A DNA stretch of 64,000 nt from Candidatus Tayloriibacteriota bacterium (GTDB lineage: Bacteria; Patescibacteriota; Minisyncoccia; Phycocordibacterales; SIBU01): NCBI GenBank assembly GCA_016188455.1, contig JACPHR010000010.1:3655-67654 (forward strand). Direction: 5' to 3'. A program made the translations under genes and the position numbers. Below the pieces are notes generated by a model. The model did no database searches and was not told where the DNA came from. It saw only the letters and a program-made list of their open reading frames with translations. The stretch's first letter is position 1. Every line of letters begins with the position of its first letter. This document shows, piece by piece, positions 1 to 9,600 of this stretch.

Positions 1-96
1 ATTTAATTCACTTGCCAACGAGCATGCTCAATGCTATACTCTCCACATTAGGGCTTCGGCCTCCGAGGACCCCGCAGAAATGCGGGGTCCGATTTG

Positions 97-480
97 TTAT
101 AGTGATTTTATCCACACTTTTTTCAATTCATCAAACATGGCTTCATTGAGCACGCCGACTTTGCGCGATAATCTTTTGTTACTTATCACTCGCATTTGAG
201 TCAACTTCACCCAGGTAGTCTTATCTTCGGACTGAATTTTGTGATGGAAACGGTCATCTTTTGGTTTAGTAGTTAATGGTAAAATAACCATCGTCTCCTT
301 GTTATATACTTTCATGACAATAACCGGCCGTTCAAAACTTTCGTTTTTACCGTCAATCTCTGCTCCAAGGTTTACCCCAAGCGAACACCACCATATCTCT
401 CGCGGGTACGCATATTTTTGCGTTAAAGCTTTTTCGAGTTCTTTTTTATTTTCATTCCACTTATCAAAATTTTTAAGCAT
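97..480 (-). CDS. PemK/MazF-family mRNA-interferase-like toxin (solitary)
   Basis: 127 aa. Has the PemK/MazF pattern: IWW..LG....E..GK....RPV.V.. then a hydrophobic strand and PLTTK. ATG start confirmed. No antitoxin ORF upstream. Confidence 0.55.
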   Translation of the reverse strand: MLKNFDKWNENKKELEKALTQKYAYPREIWWCSLGVNLGAEIDGKNESFERPVIVMKVYNKETMVILPLTTKPKDDRFHHKIQSEDKTTWVKLTQMRVISNKRLSRKVGVLNEAMFDELKKVWIKSL

Positions 481-543
481 ATACCTTTTCTTTTCGATTA
501 ATAATTCAAAACCAAACTCTACTCATGTGCTCCATATTCCATG

Positions 544-2193
544 CTATGCGCTCTGTGTCCGATTGATATGCTCCCACTCGTAATTCCTAATGGCGCCGAC
601 TTTTTTGCCGGGGTTGAAAATGTTTAGGGGGTCAAAAATACGCTTGGTTTCTTCAAAAAGCTCGATTATCTCCGGAGAGTACATCAAAGGCAAAAAGGAG
701 CTGCGAATCAAGCCGTCGTTGTGCTCGCCACTAATGGTGCCTTTGAAATTTAAAACCAGCCGATAGACCTTGTCGGTAAGTTCTTTGATAATTGCCAGGC
801 TTTCCGGTTTGCTCAGGTTCATCAAGGGAATAATGTGGAAATTGCCGTCGCCCACGTGCCCCGCCACCGTGTAAGTGATTGGGTACTTGGAAAGGATGGC
901 GTTGAGCTTCGGCAGAAACTCCGGCAAAAATTCCGGCCGCACCACGAAGTCGTCAATGAAGGGCGCGGTGCGGAGATTCCTCATGTGCTGGCGCAGGAGA
1001 TTGAAACTCTCGCGCCTGAAAGTCCAGTATTTTTTGGCCTCGGCTTCGTCGCGGGCGATTTTGGTTTTCAGGCCGAAAGGCAAAAGGGATTCTTGGGCGG
1101 CGGCGGCCTTGGCCGCCGCCGCCTCTTGCGTGTCCGCCGTAAACTCGGCAATCAAAATGAGCTTGGGCACGCCGCCGGTAAGCGCCATAAAAAACTCCGG
1201 CAAAAATTGAATCGCCAGTTTGAGCAAACTGCCGTTTAATTTTTTGACAATGGCCGGAAAAAGCTTGAGCGCCACTTTGAGCGTGTGGTCGTCAAACGAT
1301 TCAAAACTTTCGGGCTGGAATTGAAGGACATGGTTGGTAATTTCGGCGAGCGGCCGCAGACTAGGCAAAAACATGATAAGCAAGGACGAGAAAGGCTTGG
1401 GCGCCACCAGCCGAAACTTCACTTCGGTAATGATGCCGAGAGTGCCCTGCGAGCCGACAATGAGCTTGGTCAGGTCAAAAAGGCCTTTTTCTTTGTCGTA
1501 AACGTTCCAAAGAAAGTAACCGGCCGAATTTTTTGAAACCGCCGGCTTGGCTTTTTTCAGAAGGTCGTAATTTTTAACGACCAGCTCAAACATTTGCCGG
1601 CAGACTTCGCCGAAAAAATCCCGCCGGCCGCGCGCTTTTTCCAATTCCGGAATAGTGAGTGGCTGAAAAACGTATTCCCCGCCGTCCGAGAGGACCGTCT
1701 TCACCTGCCGGACGTAATTTTCGGTTTTGCCGTAGGTCAGAGTTTTCTCGCCGCCGGCGTTATTGGCCACCATGCCTCCCACGGTGCAAAGGTCGCGCGA
1801 AGCCGGATAGGAAGGCATCCAAAGGCCGCGCTTCAAAGTTTCCCGCTCAAAATCGCGGTAGTAAACGCCCGGCTCGGTGACGGCGTAGCCCGCGCCCACT
1901 GCTTTGACGTGATTAAAATGCGGCAAAAAATCCACTACGATTGATTCGGTCAAAGGTCCGCCGGTCATATCGGTGCCGGCCGAGCGGACAGTGAGAGAAA
2001 TTTTCCCGCCCTCCCGCTTCTTTCTGGCGGCAAAGGCCACCAAGTTTTTAACGTCATAAACATCCCGCGGCGCCACGACCAGAGCCGGTTTGACTTCAAA
2101 AATACTGGCGTCGTGACTGGCTGCCGCGAGCGTTTTTTCGTCTGAGCGCACTTCGCCTTTGAAAAATTTTTTTATTTCAGGCGCGTAATCCAT
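544..2193 (-). CDS. FAD-linked oxidase (GlcD / D-lactate dehydrogenase family)
   Basis: PCMH-type FAD-binding region (SAGTDMTGG) and a C-terminal FAD-oxidase domain ending DP.NIFNPGK. The track ORF starts at a TTG (2226); the first ATG, at Met12, gives 2193. Confidence 0.8.
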   Translation of the reverse strand: MDYAPEIKKFFKGEVRSDEKTLAAASHDASIFEVKPALVVAPRDVYDVKNLVAFAARKKREGGKISLTVRSAGTDMTGGPLTESIVVDFLPHFNHVKAVGAGYAVTEPGVYYRDFERETLKRGLWMPSYPASRDLCTVGGMVANNAGGEKTLTYGKTENYVRQVKTVLSDGGEYVFQPLTIPELEKARGRRDFFGEVCRQMFELVVKNYDLLKKAKPAVSKNSAGYFLWNVYDKEKGLFDLTKLIVGSQGTLGIITEVKFRLVAPKPFSSLLIMFLPSLRPLAEITNHVLQFQPESFESFDDHTLKVALKLFPAIVKKLNGSLLKLAIQFLPEFFMALTGGVPKLILIAEFTADTQEAAAAKAAAAQESLLPFGLKTKIARDEAEAKKYWTFRRESFNLLRQHMRNLRTAPFIDDFVVRPEFLPEFLPKLNAILSKYPITYTVAGHVGDGNFHIIPLMNLSKPESLAIIKELTDKVYRLVLNFKGTISGEHNDGLIRSSFLPLMYSPEIIELFEETKRIFDPLNIFNPGKKVGAIRNYEWEHINRTQSA

Positions 2194-2307
2194 AAGGTAA
2201 ACATACCAATCTACTAATACATACAAATCTGCGAATAACTACGAATAAGAAAAGGCCGAATTAGCAGTTATTAGTAGTATTAGTATAATTCGTATATTAG
2301 TATGACG

Positions 2308-3060
2308 CTAGCTTATCATTTTGCTTATGGCGGCGAGAGTTTCTTCCGGGCCGGAAACTTGAAGGGTGTCGCACACGCCGATGACGGAGTCGTCATTGCC
2401 GCCGGAAAAAAGGGCGTCGCCTATATAGATGGAATCTTCAGTCTTCCAGCCGTAAAACTTCATGAGCTGGGAAATGTTATAGCCTTTATTTTTACCCCGA
2501 CGAAAATAGTCAAAGGATGTCGTGCCGCCGATTTTAACCTCGAGTGTCTTGGACGAAAAGGGAATTTTTTCAAGAATACTGGTGCGCAATTCCACCTTCG
2601 GGTCAAAACGCTCTTTGCGCGTCAGTTCCGCGTTGTGGCCGACAAGGCTGAAGGTAATCTGACAGCCACGGTCTTGAACAAGGTCGTGCTCGTCAACGTC
2701 AACGAACAATTCTTTGAATTGGCGGCGAATGAGGCCAATGTGCTCCATCATTTCTCTTTTTTCGCCCTCCGACAAATTGTTCCTCCATAAATCTTTGCGG
2801 TCCTTGGCCACGGCGTAATTGCCGTTTTGCGCCAACACAAAGACTTTACCGCTAAAATCAACGCCGACTTGCTTCCAAATTTGCTCAATCTGGGCGCCGG
2901 AAACCACGACCACGTCTTTGGTCGCGCACAACTTGAAAAGCGCCGCTTTCATTTGAGGCTCAATCAGCGTCCGGCTGCGGGTCAATGTTTTATCCACGTC
3001 AAAAAAAACATGCTTGTAAATTTTGCCTTGCGAATCCAAAACCGCGTTGAAGTTTTTCAT
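2308..3060 (-). CDS. HAD-superfamily hydrolase (Cof-like, HAD-IIB)
   Basis: N-terminal FFDVDKTLT (DxDxT) motif and a C-terminal GD....D motif. 250 aa. Confidence 0.7.
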   Translation of the reverse strand: MKNFNAVLDSQGKIYKHVFFDVDKTLTRSRTLIEPQMKAALFKLCATKDVVVVSGAQIEQIWKQVGVDFSGKVFVLAQNGNYAVAKDRKDLWRNNLSEGEKREMMEHIGLIRRQFKELFVDVDEHDLVQDRGCQITFSLVGHNAELTRKERFDPKVELRTSILEKIPFSSKTLEVKIGGTTSFDYFRRGKNKGYNISQLMKFYGWKTEDSIYIGDALFSGGNDDSVIGVCDTLQVSGPEETLAAISKMIS

Positions 3061-3346
3061 AATCTAAAGTATAGCAGAGGTATAGACTGCCACAAAACTG
3101 ATTACTCACCGTAAAAATTGCTTTAAAGTTGATTTTTCCAAAGTTGAAGTTTTCAACATATGCGGATTAAATAAACTTAGGAAAATGCGTTTCCCTATTC
3201 GTGTGTTTCTATTCGTTAAAACTATTCGCATGCCAATGTCTGAATTATTCGTGTGGGCGTATTTGTAACGCTATTCGCATGCCAAATTTTGACTCTGAAA
3301 CAACTTGCCGTATAATGCTATGACTTATCATAAAATTTCAACCGCC

Positions 3347-3583
3347 ATGCGTAGCGTAACAATTTACAGCACCCCCACCTGCCACTTCTGCCACCTGGCC
3401 AAGGATTTTTTCAAGCTAAACAACATCGCTTACACCGATAAAAACGCCGCGGCCGACCCGGTGGCCCGCAAAGAAGCCATCACCAAATCTGGCCAGATGG
3501 GCGTGCCGGTCATTGATATTGACGGCGCTATTGTGGTCGGTTTTGACGAGCCGAAATTACGCAAGCTTTTGGAAATAAATTAG
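3347..3583 (+). CDS. glutaredoxin-like (Grx/NrdH family) protein
   Basis: VTIYSTPTCHFC CxxC thioredoxin-fold motif. The track ORF begins at TTG 3305; in-frame ATGs lie at 3320 and 3347; a tataat box sits at 3310-3315. Confidence 0.7.
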   Translation: MRSVTIYSTPTCHFCHLAKDFFKLNNIAYTDKNAAADPVARKEAITKSGQMGVPVIDIDGAIVVGFDEPKLRKLLEIN

Positions 3584-3607
3584 AAACCTGCTGTTGCACG
3601 GCCACGA

Positions 3608-3644
3608 GAACCACTCCGTCCCGCACTGCGGGACGGAGTGGTTC
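3608..3644. terminator. GC-rich hairpin between convergent genes (bidirectional terminator candidate)
   Basis: gaaccactccgtcccgc-actgc-gggacggagtggttc, a 16-bp stem, followed by a T-rich run. Confidence 0.45.
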
Positions 3645-3685
3645 TGCTTTCCTAAATTCTGCCTATTCCCTAACCCCATCCTCTC

Positions 3686-6600
3686 CTACCGCGCTGTGGA
3701 GCTATTCAGTTGCTTCTGAAGTTCTTGGACGCGCTTGATGGCCTCATCAATTTGTTTCTCCAAAGCTTCCCGCGCCGCTTTTGAAGCGCTGGAAGCTCCT
3801 GCTGAAGTTTCCACCGTGGCGGCGGGCGCACTGGCCGCGCTCATCGCTTTGAGTTGAGCCCGGGTTTTAGGACCAACATCACCATAGCCGCTGTCTCCCG
3901 GATTGGCAATACCATATTTCACTTGGAATCGGCCGACTGCCCTTTGAGTGGCCGGGCCGAAGAAGCCGGTGGCATCGCCTTCAGGGTACAGCTCTTTGTC
4001 TGCCGAAAGGAATATCTGCAAAGCTTTCACGTCATCCCCTCTGGCGCCGCGAACGAGGCCCCGAGTGATGTTCGGCGCGCCGGCGGAGACTCCGGACGAT
4101 GGTGTCGGAGCGGCAGGAGGGGCCGCCGGAACTTGAGCGTTTTCCTTGAAGACTTCATTAATCTTTGCCCGAGTGGCCGGACCGAGTTTGCCCGCGCCAG
4201 CCGACTTTTCACTCTTGATTACTCCGTGCTTTAGCTGAAAGGCCTTAAGCGCTTTTTCAGTCAGAGGACCAAAGAAACCGGTTTGTTCAACGGCTATGAG
4301 AGCCTGCAGACGTTTGACATCCTCCCCTCGGGCTCCACGGGTCAGGTCTTTATTGAAGACCGGGGAAACCAAGCGGGCGGTCGCGGATGCTTGCGCTACT
4401 GACGCCGCCGGTACGGTAACGGCCGCCGGCGCCGGGGTTGAGGTTTTAAACTTCTTGTCAAGCTCCGCTATCTTGGCCGCCGCGCCGACTTCGTCAAGAT
4501 AGACTACCGTACCGTCAGGATAAATCTTTTGGGCGCGTGGGGCAGGAGCGCCAGTACCGCCGCCTCCGCCGCCGCCAGGGGCGGCATTGCCGGCGTTGGC
4601 CGACACCGTGGCGCTCACCGCGCTTGAGGCGGCTGATTCTGAGGCGCCGCTAGATTTGTAAGCCGAAATCTTGTAGTAGTAGGTGGTGCCGGCCGTTACT
4701 GACGTATTGGAATAACTAAGAGTGCTGCCTCCCGATATGTTGGCGAGAAGGGGGAACGAGCCGGTAGAGCTGGTGTCTCTGTAGATGTAGTAACCCTCGG
4801 CGGTGGAAACCGTTCCCCATGAAAGCGCAATGGGGCTGCCGTCCGTCACTCCGGCAGTGGCCGTGAGGCCGCCGGGCGTATCGGGCGGCGAAACGCCGAC
4901 TTGAGACGACAGAGCGTAGGCCGAGAAGTGGGTGCCTTGGGCGGCAAAGGTTACGGATGAGACATTGGAAAGGTCGGCGGAGGGCGACGCCACGGCGGCA
5001 CCGGTGGAATCTTTATAGGTCGGCACGGTAGAAAGCGTTTCCCAGTCTCCCTTGTCGGCGCTGTACGACATTACGGTAAGCTTGTTGACTGCGGTTGTGC
5101 TGGTAATGCTGGAAGAAGTAAGTTCCGCCTTGGTGTAGGTCAATTCAATATCGGCTTTCTTGCCGGTCTGGAGGTTCGTCACCTGACTGCCGCCCGAGAA
5201 GGCGCTGATATCCTTGGCTTTGCTCCCGATAATGTTGACACTGGAGGTGTTCGGATAGTTGCTGGTTTCCTTGGCCGTGATATAAGAGCTGTTGCCTGAA
5301 GCGCCCAAGGCGTTGGCGTCAAGATTGACCTTGGTGTTGACGGAAGCGTCAGAAAACGAACCGGCAGAAGTGTCCGTGAAAGTATTTGAGGTAGCAAGCT
5401 TGGACGAAAGCGAGGATGCCGTCGTGAGCGCCACATTGATGCCGGTTTGGGAACTGTTAACGGTAACCGGATTGGAAGCGGAAGCTCCTTCCGCATAGCC
5501 GTCGGCGGCGGCAAAGACTCTCCAGTTGCCCGGAGTGACGTTTAAGGTATAGGCGCCGCTAGTATCAGTTTGGGTAATCGCCTGGCCGCCGCCGATTTTA
5601 CCGGCGCGGACGAAGGAATTGGCCGCCGCCACGCCTCCGGCCGTGACCGTGCCGGAAATCGTAAGCGAGGATGCCGTCATAATGAAGTTTTGAGTGGTGG
5701 TGCCTGAAACCGTCACCGTTACGGGTGAAGCGACGTATTGGGGTTTGGATACCAGTACTTGGTAGGTGCCGTTCACGGCCTTAATGCTGTAACCGCCGGT
5801 GGAAGTGGCCTGGGCGCCGAACTGCACGCCATTCGTCTGGTCAACGAACTGAATCCAAGCGCCGTCAAGTTCGTTGCCGGCCGTGGCCGCTGTTTTGTAG
5901 ACCGTGCCCGCAATGTTGCTCAAGGCCGCGCCGGTGGACGAAGTGTTGACGGTAATTTTGACCGCTTCGGTGGCATGGCTAACGGAGAGATTGCCGCTTG
6001 ATACGGTGGTCTGCGCGCCGTCTGAGGCCACGGAAATGTTTGCCGGCGGAATACCTTGAATGTAGGCCCGGATGGAAGGCGTGGTGCTTGAAGCGATTAA
6101 GAGCGAGGTGGTTGAAGCGTTGGTAATTTCAATGTGGTTGCCCAAGCCGGTGGTTTTGTCAAAGAGGTCAACGAAGGCCTTGGAGACGACCAGCGGGTTG
6201 CCGTCTGAGTCCTTGATGGTGAAGTTGACGGTGCTCCGAACCGGTACGCGGATGTACTGATTGGTTGATGAAGCGCTGAGGTCAATGGTACCGATAGCCG
6301 TACCCGCGCTGTTATACGCCGCAAGCCTGCCGTAGGACGGCGAGAAGATGTCTCTGATGGTATAGCCACTGGCGGATGGCACGCGGATGGAGAAGGCTCC
6401 GTCAGCGCCTGAAACGCCTTCGTTGACGCTGGTGCTGTTGGAAAGACGGATGACGGCGCCGACAATGGCCTCGGTGGTGGTGGCGTACTTGTTGTTGTCA
6501 TCCAAATCCTCGTAGATATTGCCAGAGTAAATACTGAAACTTTGACTGGAGGAGGGGGCGAAGTTGATACTGGACTGGCTCGCGCCGGCAATGGTGACAG

Positions 6601-9600
6601 TTTGCTCGGCCATCGGTCCGAAACCGGGGATAAACGAGTTGACTTTCCAGGTGGTTGGATTGGCCGCAGTTCCATCCACATAAAGCGTGTAGTTGCCGGT
6701 GGAAGAATCAGTCATGGCATCGGCGCGGCCCGGGCCGTCGGTGCGATAGGCGAAGACCGGCGCGTTGCCCACTGGGTTAGTGCCGTCCGTCACTTGGCCG
6801 GTGATGGTGTACCCCGGCTTGACCATTTTAAGGATGAAAGGATTGGCGCCGCTTGAACCGGTGGAGGCGGTCGGAGAACCGTCAATATAGAATACGTCAG
6901 TTCCGGATGAGTCCATGACTACCGTTACTTTTTTGGATTCGCCGATACCGGGCGAGTAAGCGCCAACCACATAGGAACCGGCCACCACTTTAATGGAGAA
7001 CGTTCCTGAAGTTGAAGTTTGGGTGTTGCCGCCCAAACCGCCGCCGCTATCCGTGTTGGGCGAGAAAGCGAAGACCATGGCGTTCGCTATGGAATTGCCG
7101 CTGCCGTCTTTGAGCACGCCGGAGATGGTTTTATTGGCGGTGGAAATCGTAAAGGTATTTGATGTGGTCGCGAAGCTGTTAACGCTTGATACGCAAGCGC
7201 TTGGACAGCCGGTTACCGTCACATTTATCGCTTTTGGCATAGACCAATTCGGCATGGGAGGCGGGCCACTGAAGCCGCCAGATGTGCCTTTCGGCATGGC
7301 GGGTCCGATACCGATGCCCCAGCTGCCGTTAAACTGCGGAATGGGAATGACGGTCAGAGTTGAAGCCGTCAGAGCCGAAGCGCCGGGCGTAACGGTGCGC
7401 ACCACGAATTGTCCGGGACCGCCGGCGAAGACGTCCACATTTTCGGTCGCCGTAAAGGTATTGGCCGCCGCGGTCAGCCTGACCGTGAAGTTAATGGCGG
7501 ACGAGGTCGCCGTCAGCGCAAAGTTCCTGGTGATGATGGAAGAAGAGGTAGCCTGCACCGGCGTGGGCATGGTGTTGCCGAAGAAGGCGGTGGTAGTAGC
7601 GCCATCGGCATCGCTTACCCCGCTTACAAACGGGTCAGTAAAGAGCATGTAGTGGCTGCCGCCGCCGAAATTGTTCGTCAGAAACTGCGAACCGACAGGC
7701 AGGTTGGAGAAGGTGAAGAGGCCGGTTGAGTCAGTGACGGCGTCAATCGGTCCGGTCTGGGGAGACATTAGGTGAATGGTCGCTCCCGTCAAGTTGCCGC
7801 CGTTGCCCGAAACTGTGCCTCGGATAGTGGTCACCGCTCCGCCGCCGGCCGCGCCGCCGCCGATGTAGATGGGATTGCCGCTGAACGACTCAAGAAGCGT
7901 GCCGTCCGATTTCTTTGATTTAATGTCAAGCACATAGCCGGAGCTGTCCATGCCTTTCGGAATGGAAGGATTGACCATGTCCGCGAGCGAGAATTTAAGG
8001 AAATCATGTTCATCGTTGCCGCTCTTCCTGGTGCCGGTAATGCCGGAACCGGTGGCCTTGAGCGTCAAGGTGATGGTCTTGGCAGTCGAGCTCGTCGCGA
8101 TAGCACTGATGCCGATAGTGCCGTCGCTTGAGCCGTTGATATCGCTGTTGACGGAGGCGAGGAAGGGATTCTTGGCAGAAGTGGTGGCGACGCAACAAAG
8201 GCCAAAGTCGGAACTGGAAGGGAGGGTAATCACGATGCTGCCGCCGTCGTCAATCTGTTTGGCAACCGGAAGCTCAAAGGAATAGGTGGAAGAGGCGCTG
8301 ATGAAGCTGGTAGAAGGCCTGATTGAGACGGGGGGCATGAAGCCGATGCCCGAAGCGCTGAAATCCTTAATCTCGCCGAAGGTGGTGCCGGTAAAGCTTC
8401 CGGGGCCCACAAATCCGCCGGTGCCGCCGGCACCGGTGGCCGAAGAAACGGTGCAGGAACCGCTCATGGGCGCCGTAGTCGTCAAGTTCCCCGACATGTC
8501 CTTAATGTTTGTCGCCGATACCGTAACGGCGGCGCCGGAGGTAAGGCGGAGCCCCGAGAGTTTGGCTGTGCGGGTGCTTTCATCATAAGTAAGAGTGTGT
8601 CCCGCCAGCGCCGAAAGCGTCTGGGCTACTCCGCCCACCGTCAAGGTGTAGTTGGCAAGGGTGGTAGCGTCGGTTTTATTAACTGCTTCGCTGAAAGTCA
8701 CAGCGACCGTGAACTCGTCGGCGTTGACAAAGAGGATGGCCGGCCCGCTGATATCGCTGTTGGCCGCCTCAACCGTCCATGACCTGGTGACATTCGCGGC
8801 CAGAGCCGTGCCGGAAATATTTTTGAGCGCGCCGCCTTTGAGAGTCAGAACTATCGTTTGGCCGACAGGCAGCACGTTGCTTGCCGTGAAGTGGCCCTCT
8901 TTGGAAACCGGGTCGTAGCGAACGCTGCCGGGAAGGTTGGCCCCGCCGGAAATGCCCAGAGTGACGGCTCCGGAGGTGGCCGTGGCTGAGTCAATGTTGT
9001 CGTCAAAGGTGAAGACAAAGTCGTTGGTGTTTGCCGCGATGGTCGTGCTTGGAGTCGGCAATACGCCCACAATCGTCGGTGCCGTGGCATCCGTGCTGCC
9101 GCCAGTGGTAAAGGTGGTGGTGTATGCCGTTGACAGGGCAATGCCCTGGAGAGTGCGCACGCCGGTCCCGACAGTGAGAGTGTATTGGGTGTTAGCGGCC
9201 ACAGTCCCGCGAATGCCCGCTGAAAGGATATTTTTGCCGGTTGAAGTGCTAAAACTGAAACTGCCAAGCGTCAGGCCACCGGAGAGAAAAATGTTGGTGT
9301 TGGTGAAGGTCGTGGTGTCCATCGTTGACTGGTTGAACTCAATCGTGGTGGTGCCTATATTAGTCGGCACATTCTGCGAGCCGCGGAAAGGCGAAGCTCC
9401 CATGACCGCCGGCGGCGTCACGTTGGCCGAGGTAAAACCGGCCGCGCCGGTGGTAAAGGTCGCGGTATAAGACTGACTGCCCGGCGTAAAGCCGTCTTGG
9501 TCCAAAGCGTTGCCGGATAGGTCATAGACGTTTGAAGTAACGGTGAAAGTGTAGGAAGTATTGGCCGACAGAGAAGCGGTCAGGTTGCATTTGGCGGACG

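Noticed and set aside
2302-2790. 162-aa plus-strand ORF
   Set aside because: It is fully antisense to the well-supported HAD hydrolase gene.
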